From assembly GCA_043806135.1 (NCBI GenBank), contig JAZDHG010000031.1:1110-65109 (forward strand): a DNA stretch of 64,000 nt. Reading direction: 5' to 3'. The stretch is from Candidatus Omnitrophota bacterium (GTDB lineage: Bacteria > Omnitrophota > Gorgyraeia > B26-G9). Positions within the stretch are counted from its first letter, which is position 1. Each line of letters starts with the position of its first letter. Below, piece after piece: positions 1-10,646 of this stretch. The translations under genes were made by a program, and so were the position numbers. The notes beneath the pieces are model-generated. The model worked only from the letters and a program-made list of their open reading frames with translations. It made no database searches and had not been told where the DNA came from.

Positions 1-942
1 GACGGCAGGACCATGGTTAGAATAGCCGGCAGAATGGTGGATTTGCGGGTATCGACGCTTCCGACAATATTCGGTGAGAGTGTTGTTATCCGAATCCTTG
101 ATAGGGCTAACGTGCAGTTATCACTTAATGAAATAGGATTTGAACCTGATACCAGAGAAAAAATAAGGGAATTGATTAAAAAGCCCTATGGCATAATCTT
201 GAGTACAGGTCCCACAGGTTGCGGAAAGACTACCACGCAATATTCTGCTTTAAGTGAAATCAATTCAATAGAAAAGAAGATCATTACCGTAGAGGATCCG
301 GTTGAATTTGACTTGCCCGGGCTGATCCAAGTTTCTGTACGCCCAAAAATAAACATGACTTTTCCTGTGGCGCTTCGCCATATTTTGCGTCAGGATCCTG
401 ACATTATTATGGTCGGAGAAATCCGTGATACGGAAACAGTACAAATGGCCATACATGCTTCTTTAACCGGACACCTTGTTTTCTCCACTTTGCATACCAA
501 TGATGCGCCCAGTGTTATTACCCGGCTTATTGATATGGGAGTGGAGCCTTTTTTGATCGCTTCTTCCATCGAGGCGATTTTAGCCCAGAGACTTGTTCGG
601 TGTATTTGCCATAAATGTAAACACGAATATACTCCGACGGAAGAATCCTTAAGGGACGCGGGTATAAGTGAAAATGAGCGCAAGGAAAAAAAATTCTACA
701 AGGGCCGAGGTTGTGAACAGTGTAATCATTCAGGATATAAAGGCCGTTCCGGAATATTTGAATTACTTATTCTTGATGAGGAAATAAGATCGCTTATTCT
801 GGATAAAGTGCCTATTGTCCGATTAAGAGAACAGGCGATAAAAAGCGGAATGCGTACTTTAAGAGAGGATGGATTGCTTAAAGTTTTTTCCGGGCTGATA
901 ACCTTAGATGAATTGGTTGCGATAACAACGGCGTATTTATAA
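1..942 (+). CDS. pilB: Type IV pilus/T2SS assembly ATPase (PilB/GspE family), 5'-truncated by the window edge
   Basis: Walker A GPTGCGKT, TVEDPVE Asp box, LRQDPDIIMVGEIRD, TGHLVFSTLHTN His box, two CxxC motifs. The frame is open from base 1. Confidence 0.9.
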   Translation, partial: DGRTMVRIAGRMVDLRVSTLPTIFGESVVIRILDRANVQLSLNEIGFEPDTREKIRELIKKPYGIILSTGPTGCGKTTTQYSALSEINSIEKKIITVEDPVEFDLPGLIQVSVRPKINMTFPVALRHILRQDPDIIMVGEIRDTETVQMAIHASLTGHLVFSTLHTNDAPSVITRLIDMGVEPFLIASSIEAILAQRLVRCICHKCKHEYTPTEESLRDAGISENERKEKKFYKGRGCEQCNHSGYKGRSGIFELLILDEEIRSLILDKVPIVRLREQAIKSGMRTLREDGLLKVFSGLITLDELVAITTAYL

Positions 943-1185
943 CAAGTAAAAAGAATATTAGCTCATAGCTGATAGCTCATGTGAAAAGCAAAAGGCAACG
1001 GCAGCGATGCCCGTATCGGTTTAAAAGGCAGCGGTAACGGCTAGAAGCGGATAAGTTTTGTGGAAAATAGTTTTTTAAGCGAACAAAGAGATCGTTCGTC
1101 CCTCGTCTTAATGAGCGGAGCGAATGGTCATCCATCGTCCTTCGTTTTTAGATGCAATACGCAATACTAAAAAAGAGATTAATTT

Positions 1186-2439
1186 ATGAAAAAAGAACTG
1201 TTTAATTATACTGCGGTCGACAGAGAAGGAAAAGATCTAAACGGACAGGTAGAGGCCGTTAATCTTAATGACGCTCTGAGCCAGATACGCCAAATGGGTA
1301 TATTCCCGTCTCATGTTCTTGCCGCAGATGAGAGAGTTGAATCAAGCAATATTTTTTCAGCAGTAATTGGAAAATTAAATATTATAAAACGAGGCGTTGC
1401 TAAGTTTAAACCGGAAGACCGGGTTGTTTTTACCAGGCAGCTTGCGGTGCTTCTAAATGCCGGTTTACCGCTAGTAAGAGGACTTCAGACGATTAATAAG
1501 CAGATGCGGTTTGGAAGAATGAGGGTAATGCTTGATGATATTATTGATATGATTCAATCCGGAAAAACTTTCAGCGGGGCGCTTGCGTATTATCCGGATT
1601 CTTTTTCCCGGGTTTATATAAACGTGGTAAAATCAGGGGAGACCGGCGGTGCTCTGGATGAAGTTCTTAAGAGGCTGGCTGATTACCTTGAAAGAAATCA
1701 CAGGATTTCGCAGCGCATAAAAGCGGCCCTGATCTATCCTTGTCTTGTTTTGGTTGTTTCAATCGTTATACTCGGTTTTATAGTTGCTTTTGTAATACCG
1801 CGCTTTATGGAATTATTTCAGAATACAGGCATTGCCTTGCCTCTTTTGACCAGGTTGCTGCTCGCATTTAGTAATTTTTTAGTGGAACGGTGGTATTTGT
1901 TATTTGGAGCAATTGTTTTAATGTTTATAAGTTATAAGCTGCTTTTGCGCAATTATGTTTTTCGCTATTTTAATGATAAATTAATCCTGAATATTCCTGT
2001 TTTCGGGCTTTTGATCCAGAAAGTAACTGCGTCCAGTTTTGCCAGAACTCTGGCTACTCTCTTAGAAGGCGGAGTCCCGATCCTTAGGGCGCTTGAACTG
2101 ACAAAGCAGGTCAGCGGTAATGAGGTAATAGCTAAGGCGATTAACTCGGTTTATGATAGTGTCCGGGAGGGAGGTTTTATCTCAAAAGTGCTTGAGAGTA
2201 CTGAGGTTTTCCCCCAGTTGATGGTCAATATGATAGCTGTAGGAGAAGAAAGCGGGTCTTTAGATAAAATGCTCTCAAAAGTAGCCGATACATATGAAGA
2301 GGAAATCGAGATTACAGCCGGAACCCTGACATCCTTGCTTGAGCCTTTGCTTGTTATTGTCATGGGAGTTGTGGTTGGAGTTATAGTTCTTTCCATGTTC
2401 CTGCCGCTCATTACTTTAATAAACTCTCTGAGTGTCTGA
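1186..2439 (+). CDS. pilC: T4P/T2SS inner-membrane platform protein (PilC/GspF)
   Basis: FTRQLAVLLNAGLPL, GETGGALDEVL, IYP, GEESGSLD, LLEP motifs; three TM segments. Confidence 0.92.
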   Translation: MKKELFNYTAVDREGKDLNGQVEAVNLNDALSQIRQMGIFPSHVLAADERVESSNIFSAVIGKLNIIKRGVAKFKPEDRVVFTRQLAVLLNAGLPLVRGLQTINKQMRFGRMRVMLDDIIDMIQSGKTFSGALAYYPDSFSRVYINVVKSGETGGALDEVLKRLADYLERNHRISQRIKAALIYPCLVLVVSIVILGFIVAFVIPRFMELFQNTGIALPLLTRLLLAFSNFLVERWYLLFGAIVLMFISYKLLLRNYVFRYFNDKLILNIPVFGLLIQKVTASSFARTLATLLEGGVPILRALELTKQVSGNEVIAKAINSVYDSVREGGFISKVLESTEVFPQLMVNMIAVGEESGSLDKMLSKVADTYEEEIEITAGTLTSLLEPLLVIVMGVVVGVIVLSMFLPLITLINSLSV

Positions 2440-2507
2440 AAAAAGTACAATTGTGTTTTCATGCTTTGAAACCATTTTATTAAATTCTTTGAATAAAATT
2501 AGAAGTA

Positions 2508-2538
2508 TTGACAAAGCTTTATAAATATGTTATATAAT
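2508..2538 (+). promoter_or_regulatory. Sigma70-like promoter for the pilM...secretin operon
   Basis: TTGACA at 2508-2513; TATATA at 2531 (17 bp spacer) or TATAAT at 2533. Confidence 0.55.
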
Positions 2539-2705
2539 ATGTACATAAATAAGTTACGGCTTCCAGCAATTCCGAAGGATACAGGAACTTACCTTAAATG
2601 TCACCTTTTCAGGGAGGAAAGGGTGGGGCTAATATTTGGTTAATAATCATATTTAGTAGCTTACCAAAAAAAATCAACAGGGAATGTAATTAATCAGGGT
2701 AAATT

Positions 2706-4304
2706 ATGTCTGCAGTAAATAAAGATCTATTCCTAGGTGTTGATATCGGCGCGGGTGCGCTTAAGATCGTTCTTTTGACTAAAGAAAAGAACGGTACGAT
2801 GCGTTTATTAAAGGCTGTTTGCCAGGAATATGAGGAAAGTGCCTTAGAACTTAATCCGGAAGACCAGCTAGCCAAAGCTGCCTATTTTCTTAAAAAATTC
2901 CTGCGTAATGAAAAAGTATTACGCAATGTTAAAGTAGGTATATCCATCGCCGGACAATCTGCTTTTGTTCGTTTAGTGAAAATCCCTGTTACAGCACCAC
3001 AAAAATTACGCCAAATTGTTCTTTATGAAACCCAGCAGCAGATTCCTTTTCCGATCAAGGATGTTGTTTGGGATTTTCAGATCTACGACCGCGATAAAAA
3101 ACAATTAAGCATTCTGCTGGCTGCAGTAAAAAAGGAATTGATAAATTCAATTCTTAATGTTGCGAGCGAGTGCTCACTTAATGTGGAATTTATAGATGTG
3201 AGTAATCTGGCGCTTTATAACAGCCTGCAGTATTTTTACCGGGATTTAAAGGAAACCCTGATAATTGATTGCGGAGCAAAAACCACAAATGTAATCGTTG
3301 CTAATGCCGGAAAGATCTGGACAAGAAGCCTGCCTTTAGGAGGAGAAGACATAAATGACGCGCTTATGCGCGTTTTTAAAATAGACCGCAGACTGGCCGA
3401 AAAGATAAAAAAGGAAAAGGGCCAGGTTGTGATGCTTTACCATGAAAAAGGAAGTTTGGAAGCAGAACAGGATCATAAGATTGCCGAGGCAATTACCGGT
3501 GTACTCACGGACTTGATAAATGAAATTGTTAAAACGCTTAATTTTTACAAATCACAAAATGTTTCAGAAGTAAAATTTCGCAAGGTTATTTTATGCGGAG
3601 GATTGAGCAAGATCAAAAATATTGATAAGTTTTTTGAGAGCAGCCTTTCTGTGAATGTTGAAAAGATAGACTACTTTAGCTTTTTAAAGTTTGATCCTAA
3701 GATAGACATGCAGGTAAATGAATTTATCGGTCCGGCTATCGGTCTTGCTTTGCGCGGCAACGGTATGGTGCCTTTGAATGTTAATCTTTTGCCTGCCGAA
3801 CACCTGCAATACAAACGGATCAAAAAGAGAATTCCCTATGTGCTGGGATCATTTGGAATAATTTTTCTGATGTTATTCGGTTTCTTTTATGTCTCGCTTA
3901 ATAAGTATTATTTGTTTAAAAGTTATCTGAATAAATTACAGATGAAAACAGACTTGTTCGAAAATAGTGAAAAAACTATTAATGAAGCGGATAATCATAT
4001 CCGAGCATACAGGGAAAAAATACAAATTATGCGTAAAGCGCTGTCGGCTAAGCATGTATTGGTTTTTATGCTTGAAGATATTGCGTTGGCTATGACGGAT
4101 AAAATATGGATAAAGAGCCTTAATTTTGACTTTGAAAATAACTCGATATCTCTGGAGGGAATCAGTACTGATGACCTGGACAGTATCGGAGAATTTCAGC
4201 AAAAATTACAGAAGAATACAATGATTAAAAACGTTAAAATCGAAACAGTCGGTAAAACCGGAAATAATACGATGAGTTTTTCCATAAGCATTTCCCTTAA
4301 TTAG
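2706..4304 (+). CDS. pilM: PilM (actin-like ATPase) fused to a PilN domain
   Basis: GVDIGAGALK, QQIPFPIKDVVWDFQ, IDCGAKTT, ILCGG, GLALRG; then the PilN signature VNLLP, one TM helix and a periplasmic domain. Confidence 0.85.
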   Translation: MSAVNKDLFLGVDIGAGALKIVLLTKEKNGTMRLLKAVCQEYEESALELNPEDQLAKAAYFLKKFLRNEKVLRNVKVGISIAGQSAFVRLVKIPVTAPQKLRQIVLYETQQQIPFPIKDVVWDFQIYDRDKKQLSILLAAVKKELINSILNVASECSLNVEFIDVSNLALYNSLQYFYRDLKETLIIDCGAKTTNVIVANAGKIWTRSLPLGGEDINDALMRVFKIDRRLAEKIKKEKGQVVMLYHEKGSLEAEQDHKIAEAITGVLTDLINEIVKTLNFYKSQNVSEVKFRKVILCGGLSKIKNIDKFFESSLSVNVEKIDYFSFLKFDPKIDMQVNEFIGPAIGLALRGNGMVPLNVNLLPAEHLQYKRIKKRIPYVLGSFGIIFLMLFGFFYVSLNKYYLFKSYLNKLQMKTDLFENSEKTINEADNHIRAYREKIQIMRKALSAKHVLVFMLEDIALAMTDKIWIKSLNFDFENNSISLEGISTDDLDSIGEFQQKLQKNTMIKNVKIETVGKTGNNTMSFSISISLN

Positions 4305-4322
4305 TTAAAGGCGGCTTTTAGA

Positions 4323-5078
4323 ATGGATGCAATGCTTGTTAAAAAATTAAAATCAGAAATTGAAATAGTGCTAATAATAACAGTGATATCTTTAGTATTG
4401 TTAGTTTCTCTGGTTTTTCTTTCCCGCCGCATTGCAGATTTCAATGAAAAAACAGCTTTACTCGAGGCCCAGATAAAAAAATATAGAAGAACCATAGGTG
4501 ATGATGTCGATGGCCTTATTAAATTGAAGGAAACTCTTAAAGCTGATCTGGAGCAAAACTATATAAAGCTGGAGCGTTCTTTGAGCAGAGCATATTTAAA
4601 AGATACTGTATCGGCTACGCCTTTATCTTTCAAGAAAATGCTTTTTGAAGTGCATGAGGAGATAATCGATAGGGCAAAACGCAATAATGTCATGTTGCCG
4701 CAGGAGTTAGGCTTTGAGGAATACAGGCTTAAAGTGCCGGATGTTTCTCTTGTCCCGGTCTTGACAAGTGAGTTATTTGTTTTAGAGGAGATCAGCCGCT
4801 TTTTGATAGAGAATAAGATATATGCCATAAGAAACATAAAACTGCCGCATAAAGTTTCATTGCTTAATAATAAGACGCAAAGCGCGGCTGATGTATCTTT
4901 TAAGTCTTTTTCCATGCAATTGTCCGTGGAAACGGATTTTACGCAGCTGAAGCGGTTCTTGCTGGATCTGGCAGGCAGCGATAAGACTTATGTTGTATGG
5001 AAGATAGATATAAAGAGAATAGATGACGCAAGTGATCGGCTGGTGGCAGAGATTAACCTTAAAAGCATAGAATTATAG
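4323..5078 (+). CDS. PilO-like protein, probable Amuc_1100 family
   Basis: N-terminal TM plus coiled coil; PLSFKKML...LGFEEYRLKVP...LTSELFVLEEISRFL segment; C-terminal ferredoxin-like PilO region; follows pilMN. Confidence 0.65.
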   Translation: MDAMLVKKLKSEIEIVLIITVISLVLLVSLVFLSRRIADFNEKTALLEAQIKKYRRTIGDDVDGLIKLKETLKADLEQNYIKLERSLSRAYLKDTVSATPLSFKKMLFEVHEEIIDRAKRNNVMLPQELGFEEYRLKVPDVSLVPVLTSELFVLEEISRFLIENKIYAIRNIKLPHKVSLLNNKTQSAADVSFKSFSMQLSVETDFTQLKRFLLDLAGSDKTYVVWKIDIKRIDDASDRLVAEINLKSIEL

Positions 5079-5085
5079 GATAATA

Positions 5086-5802
5086 ATGAAGGAAAAATAC
5101 GAAAATTTAGAAAAAGTTATATTTTTTGTTTTGCTATGCTTACTATTAGTTGCCATGCCTGTTTTACTTAAAAAAAGAGCCGCAAGCAATGATATCCTTG
5201 AAAAAAAGATTAAAAGTCTCTCGATAAATAATTCTGAGAGCGTCGAAACGGGAAATGAATACACTAATACCGAAAAATATTTAAGAGTCCAGGAGCAAGC
5301 AAACAGGACACTATCATCATTAACTTCAAAAAGAAATATTTTTTCTGAGCCTGTTTATAAGAAGAATGCCGAGATCGTGACTGGTGAGCATCAGGTTTTG
5401 CAGGTAAGTGAAATAGGTTTTAAACCTCTGGAGATTGAATACCGGGGTAAAGTTTTCTTTAAAGATGATAATGATATGGTAGCACAGGTAAATATTCTTA
5501 AGAAAAGCTATCTAGTAAAAAAGGGAACTAAATTTGCTTCTTACCAAGTCGATGAATTAAATGAAAAGTTTATTAAGTTGACGGATAAAAAAGGAGAAGT
5601 CATAAAAATAGAATACAGGCAGAAGGTTTACACAAATGAGCTGGTGGCAAAAATAAAAGAGCTTACCTCTGCCTATTCGGAAACAGTAAGTAAAAACGGC
5701 AGTTTTTTAGAGTATAAGGTGCTTGACATCGACGAAGATTCTGTGTTACTATCACATCAAGGACAGCATCTTAGATTAGAGAAAGGAATGGTATATAAAT
5801 GA
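5086..5802 (+). CDS. Hypothetical pilus-assembly protein (PilP position)
   Basis: Single N-terminal TM, RNIF motif, beta-rich remainder; ATGA overlap with the secretin. Confidence 0.55.
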   Translation: MKEKYENLEKVIFFVLLCLLLVAMPVLLKKRAASNDILEKKIKSLSINNSESVETGNEYTNTEKYLRVQEQANRTLSSLTSKRNIFSEPVYKKNAEIVTGEHQVLQVSEIGFKPLEIEYRGKVFFKDDNDMVAQVNILKKSYLVKKGTKFASYQVDELNEKFIKLTDKKGEVIKIEYRQKVYTNELVAKIKELTSAYSETVSKNGSFLEYKVLDIDEDSVLLSHQGQHLRLEKGMVYK

Positions 5803-7733
5803 AAAGAATTGTCCTGTGTTTTTCCCTCATATTAACTCTGTTATGTTTCCCAAAAAACGTGATTTCTCAGGAAAATATTACCGGTTCGGATCAGGATCAA
5901 GCTCTTGAGCTAGCGGGGCGTTTAGCAGAACTTAAAAGTTCCTCAAGCTCTCAGATGGATGATACATCTGCAGGGGATATTTCAGGCTTTGTAAACCGGG
6001 CTTATGAGGCATGGGATAATAATAACTTTGATAAGGCGATAGAATACTTTAAAAAAGCACAGATTATCGAACCCGGCAATAAGAAGCTCAATGATCTTGT
6101 TTACGATGTAGAACGTGAAAAAATGAGATACGAGGAGCAGAAAGTTGCGATAGCAAAAGAGATCATAAAGCAAAAAAGAATGCTTGAAATTGATAAAGCA
6201 GGTCTTATCAGTGAGCCGGAAACTACCAGGAGCAGCGCAAAGGTTAAGACAGACCAACGTGTAACTCTAAGAATGAAAGCTGCCAGCAAGAGAGTTAGTG
6301 TTGACTTTAATAACGCAGAGTTAAATAAAATCCTGGAATATCTTTCGCAGGTAAGTGATATTAATATTATTATGGATGAGGATGCTCTAGCCAGGTCCCC
6401 CCAGGTATCTATTATTCTTAAAAATGTAACTTTAATCCAAGCTCTGGAGTCGATTTTGCGAACCAAGGGGTTGAGTTACCGGTTTGAGGATGATTTTATA
6501 TGGGTTAGTTCAAAAGAAAATATTGCCAATGAGGCGTTGACTACGCGTGTTTATCATCTTTCCCAAGGTCTGGCAAGCTTTACCGCATTTACAACTTTTG
6601 ATACAGTGACCATTGAAGGATTAAGGGGGGATAACGAAATCGTTATGAGTGAAAATAAGGCGGAAGACAAAAATGAATCTTCGGGTTCTGGAGTACGTAC
6701 TTATGAGGGAGTAAAGGTAGGAGGGCCTAGCGGTGTTGCCGGAAACATAACGGTTACGATTGAAAATGTGCTAAAACAGTTTGTAGGATGGCCTGAAGGC
6801 AGCAGAATATTCTTAGATAAGCGTACAAGCAAATTGATTGTACGCAATACTCCGAGTAATCTGGCAATTCTTGAAGACGTTATCGAAGCGCTTGATGTAA
6901 ATCCGCCCCAGGTAATGATTGAAGCCAGATTTGTGGAAATCGGAGCAGATGACCTTTATTCGCTGGGGGTTAAAATGTCGGCTGAGGTAAGTGCAGAAGG
7001 AGCGACATCACCTACAACTTTTCCGTTCAATAAAAATCAGAATACAAAATATTCATCCGCGTTTCCTTCTCCGACTACGGACCAATTTGCTTTCGGTACC
7101 CTTAATTTTTCTCAATTTCAGGCTGTGCTCTCGGCGATAGAGCAGAATACAAATACAAATACTTTATCTTCTCCTAAAATAACGACGATCAGCGGACAAG
7201 AGGCGGTTATTAAAATAGTCAAAGAATACCGTTATCCGACTAAATACGAGATCGAAGTGATCCGGGTTGAGAATGCAGCAGGGGAAACAGTTACGCAGTC
7301 TTTCCCGGTTCCGGTTGAATTTAAGACAAGAGATATCGGTATAATTTTACGAGTTACACCTAATGTGGGAGCTGATGATAAAACAATAAATCTAACCCTT
7401 GTCCCTGAGGTCAGCGAATTTGATATAGACAAGGATATGTACAATTACGGAACAGAAGAGAGACCTTTTTTGCAGCCTTTTTTTAATACGCGCAACGCAA
7501 CTGCCAGTATCATAGTTAATAATAAAGACACTGTGGTTATGGGCGGATTAATGCGTGAGGAAGTTACAAAGGGTGTGGACCGGGTGCCTATTTTGGGACA
7601 CCTTCCGATCCTGGGTAATCTTTTCAGCCGAAAAGTTGATAATAAACAAAAAAGAAATCTTTTGATTTTTGTCACGGCTTCTATTATCGCGCCGACCGGT
7701 GAGACAGTAGAGAAAAAAGCGGATGCTTTATGA
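5799..7733 (+). CDS. pilQ: Outer-membrane secretin (PilQ/GspD) with an N-terminal TPR
   Basis: Signal peptide, TPR-like helices, STN-like domain, QVMIEARFVE, LSSPKITT, GIILRVTP, VPILGHLPILGNLF, LLIFVT. Confidence 0.88.
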   Translation: MKRIVLCFSLILTLLCFPKNVISQENITGSDQDQALELAGRLAELKSSSSSQMDDTSAGDISGFVNRAYEAWDNNNFDKAIEYFKKAQIIEPGNKKLNDLVYDVEREKMRYEEQKVAIAKEIIKQKRMLEIDKAGLISEPETTRSSAKVKTDQRVTLRMKAASKRVSVDFNNAELNKILEYLSQVSDINIIMDEDALARSPQVSIILKNVTLIQALESILRTKGLSYRFEDDFIWVSSKENIANEALTTRVYHLSQGLASFTAFTTFDTVTIEGLRGDNEIVMSENKAEDKNESSGSGVRTYEGVKVGGPSGVAGNITVTIENVLKQFVGWPEGSRIFLDKRTSKLIVRNTPSNLAILEDVIEALDVNPPQVMIEARFVEIGADDLYSLGVKMSAEVSAEGATSPTTFPFNKNQNTKYSSAFPSPTTDQFAFGTLNFSQFQAVLSAIEQNTNTNTLSSPKITTISGQEAVIKIVKEYRYPTKYEIEVIRVENAAGETVTQSFPVPVEFKTRDIGIILRVTPNVGADDKTINLTLVPEVSEFDIDKDMYNYGTEERPFLQPFFNTRNATASIIVNNKDTVVMGGLMREEVTKGVDRVPILGHLPILGNLFSRKVDNKQKRNLLIFVTASIIAPTGETVEKKADAL

Positions 7734-7841
7734 TACTTGGGGGGAATAATTAATACAGGATAAATGTTGATTTACAGGTAGCCTAAACCGAACACTTCAG
7801 GGAGAGATCCACGCCAAAACTTAGAATCCTCAGAATCTATT

Positions 7842-10418
7842 ATGCAAAGAAAAAAACTATATCTTATTGACGGTAATTCTTACAGCTATCGGGCCTTTTA
7901 TGCGATCGCTGATTTGACCAATTCAAGCGGAAAGCCGACCGGAGCTGTTTTTGGATTTGTAAATATGCTCAATAAGCTGCGCAATGAAGGCAAGCCCGAT
8001 TATCTGGCGATCTGCTTTGATCTAAAGGGGCCGACATTGCGTCATGAGAAATTTCATGAGTATAAGGCGCACCGCAAGCCTATGCCCGATGATCTGCAGA
8101 TTCAAATGCCTATTATAAAAGAAGTTGTGGGAGCTTACGGTATCCCTGTTTTTCAATTGACCGGGTATGAGGCAGATGATATTATAGGGACACTTGCGGT
8201 TAGTTTTAAAGATAAGGTTGATGTTTTTATTGTCAGCGCTGATAAAGATATGTTGCAACTTGTTGATAAATATGTTAGTATTTATTCTCCGCAAAAAGAG
8301 GATGCAATCACTGATGAGAACAAAGTTTTTGAACGCTATGGTGTTAAGCCCAACCAAATTACTGACCTTTTAGCTTTAGCCGGTGACAGCTCAGATAATA
8401 TTCCAGGAGTTCCGGGCATAGGCCCGAAAACAGCTGCAGAATTAATCGGAGAGTTTGGAAGTTTAGAAAATATCTTAAAAAATACGCATAAGATCGAACA
8501 GAAAAAAAGGAAACAGCTGCTTGAAGAGTTTTCTGAACAGGCTCGAATGAGCAAAGAACTGGCAACCATTGTAAGGGACGTGCCGATAAAGGTAGATTTA
8601 AAAAGGCTTGAGGGCGCGGGAGAAGATAAAGAACTCTTAAAAAGGCTCTTTCGTGAACTTGAATTCAAGAATCTTTACAGAAATCTTCTCAAAGATGATC
8701 CTTCGGAAAATGCCGAATTAAAGGTTGAGATAATTGAAACTGCGAAAAAACTTGAATTATTTTCAAAAAAGCTTTGCAAGGAAAAAGAATTTTCTCTTGT
8801 AATACAAAAATCCGATGATAAAATCTCCAATACGCTAAAAAGCTTAGAAATAAGTTTTCATGAAAAAGATTTCATAAGGATCAATCTTAGTAAAAAATTA
8901 ACCATAGATGACTTAAAGAAATTTCTTAAGCCTGTTTTTAAAAAATCAGATATTTTAAAAATAGGCTATGATTTAAAAACAATATGTGTTCTGCTTGATG
9001 CTTGCGGCATTTATTTAGAAGAGCCGTTCTTTGATATAATGGTCGGGGCATATCTGCTTGAACCCGGCGGCGAAAAGAGTACAATATCTGATATTGCCGG
9101 ATTTTACCTGGGGCGTAATGTTGATCAGCGGCTTCAGGTTTGCGAACAGATATCTTTGCGGGATATTCTGCTTAAGGAGCTTAAAACAAAGAAATTACAG
9201 GAATTATTTTGGCGGGTAGAGATGCCGCTGATCAGGATACTGGCTTCAATGCAGAGAAATGGGATCCGTATCGATGAAAAATATCTTTTGAAGCTGGGAG
9301 AAGAGGTTGATAAGAACTTAAATACGCTTACAAACAAGATCTTTAGTATCAGCGGTTGTGAATTTAATATAAATTCTCCCAAGCAGTTAAGCGAGATCCT
9401 GTTCGAGCGGTTAAAGCTGCCGGTAATAAAAAAAGGAAAAAGCGGACCATCGACAGATGTTGATGTTTTAATGCAGCTTGCCGATAAACATGCACTTCCC
9501 GCGATGATCCTGGAGTATAGAGAACAGGCAAAATTGAAATCAACTTATATTACCGGTTTGCTTGAGCTGGTCAATGCGAAGACGCATAAAATACATACCA
9601 CTTTTAATCAAACGGCTACCGCAACCGGGCGCTTAAGCTCAAGTAATCCTAATCTGCAGAATATACCGATCAGGACCGAGGCCGGACGGCAGATAAGGGC
9701 AGCGTTTATAAGTGAAACTGAATCTTCGCAGCTTCTTTGCGCTGATTACTCGCAAATTGAGCTGCGGGTGCTGGCGCATCTATCTCGGGACAGCATTCTG
9801 ATAAAAGCGTTTAAAGAAAAGCGCGATATCCACACCTTTACCGCTTCCCTGGTTTTCGGCGTAGCGCAGGATAATGTTACTGAAAAGATGCGCAACATGG
9901 CAAAAAGAGTTAATTTCGGTATTATTTATGGAATGGGACCTTATGCTTTGGCCCGGGATATCGGGGTCAGCCACAAGCAGGCAAAAAAATTTATTGATGA
10001 GTATTTCAAACGTTATCCGCAAGTTACTGCTTATCTGAACGGTGAAATTAAAAAAGCACAGGACATGGGATATGTGACGACACTTTTTAACCGTCGGCGT
10101 TATATACCGCAAATTAACGCTAAAGATGCAATGCAGAGGAGTTTTGCCGAGAGAACAGCAATGAATACACCGATTCAGGGCTCGGCTGCGGACTTAATAA
10201 AGGCGGCAATGATCGCTATTTACCGGCAATTAAAAAAAGAGAACTTAAATACTAAAATGCTTTTGCAGGTTCATGATGAACTTGTATTTGATGTGCCGGA
10301 TAAAGAAATGAATGAGGTTAAAAAAATTGTTAAAGATAATATGGAAAATGTATTGGAACTGGATGTTCCGATAGAAGTTAGTTTTAAGGCCGGAAAGAAC
10401 TGGAGAGACATAAAATAA
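7842..10418 (+). CDS. polA: DNA polymerase I
   Basis: LIDGNS, EADD, GDSSDNIPGVPGIGPKTA, TGRLSSSNPNLQNIP, DYSQIELR, LQVHDEL. Confidence 0.98.
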   Translation: MQRKKLYLIDGNSYSYRAFYAIADLTNSSGKPTGAVFGFVNMLNKLRNEGKPDYLAICFDLKGPTLRHEKFHEYKAHRKPMPDDLQIQMPIIKEVVGAYGIPVFQLTGYEADDIIGTLAVSFKDKVDVFIVSADKDMLQLVDKYVSIYSPQKEDAITDENKVFERYGVKPNQITDLLALAGDSSDNIPGVPGIGPKTAAELIGEFGSLENILKNTHKIEQKKRKQLLEEFSEQARMSKELATIVRDVPIKVDLKRLEGAGEDKELLKRLFRELEFKNLYRNLLKDDPSENAELKVEIIETAKKLELFSKKLCKEKEFSLVIQKSDDKISNTLKSLEISFHEKDFIRINLSKKLTIDDLKKFLKPVFKKSDILKIGYDLKTICVLLDACGIYLEEPFFDIMVGAYLLEPGGEKSTISDIAGFYLGRNVDQRLQVCEQISLRDILLKELKTKKLQELFWRVEMPLIRILASMQRNGIRIDEKYLLKLGEEVDKNLNTLTNKIFSISGCEFNINSPKQLSEILFERLKLPVIKKGKSGPSTDVDVLMQLADKHALPAMILEYREQAKLKSTYITGLLELVNAKTHKIHTTFNQTATATGRLSSSNPNLQNIPIRTEAGRQIRAAFISETESSQLLCADYSQIELRVLAHLSRDSILIKAFKEKRDIHTFTASLVFGVAQDNVTEKMRNMAKRVNFGIIYGMGPYALARDIGVSHKQAKKFIDEYFKRYPQVTAYLNGEIKKAQDMGYVTTLFNRRRYIPQINAKDAMQRSFAERTAMNTPIQGSAADLIKAAMIAIYRQLKKENLNTKMLLQVHDELVFDVPDKEMNEVKKIVKDNMENVLELDVPIEVSFKAGKNWRDIK

Positions 10419-10646
10419 AGACATCCTATAAAGAGAAAGCAGGAGGATGTCTTGATTACATAGATGAAAAAAGAGATGACAGTGATTAAGGAAAGAGATT
10501 CTTTTTATTTAGGTTGTAAAAATTTTTGTAATACAATACAGCCATCAAGGCAGAAGATTAATGGTTTAATCTTCGTAATCTATTGATAATCGTTGTAATC
10601 AGGTGTAATCCAGCTTATGTGTGAGGATTATACCGGGGGGAGAATA

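Noticed and set aside
2545-2700. c-di-GMP or other riboswitch upstream of pilM
   Set aside because: There is a hairpin (gtcacctttt/gaaagggtgg), but no GEMM or other recognisable aptamer consensus.
5723-5752. Internal promoter for the secretin (TTGACA...TACTAT)
   Set aside because: It lies within a coding region of AT-rich DNA and cannot be distinguished from chance.
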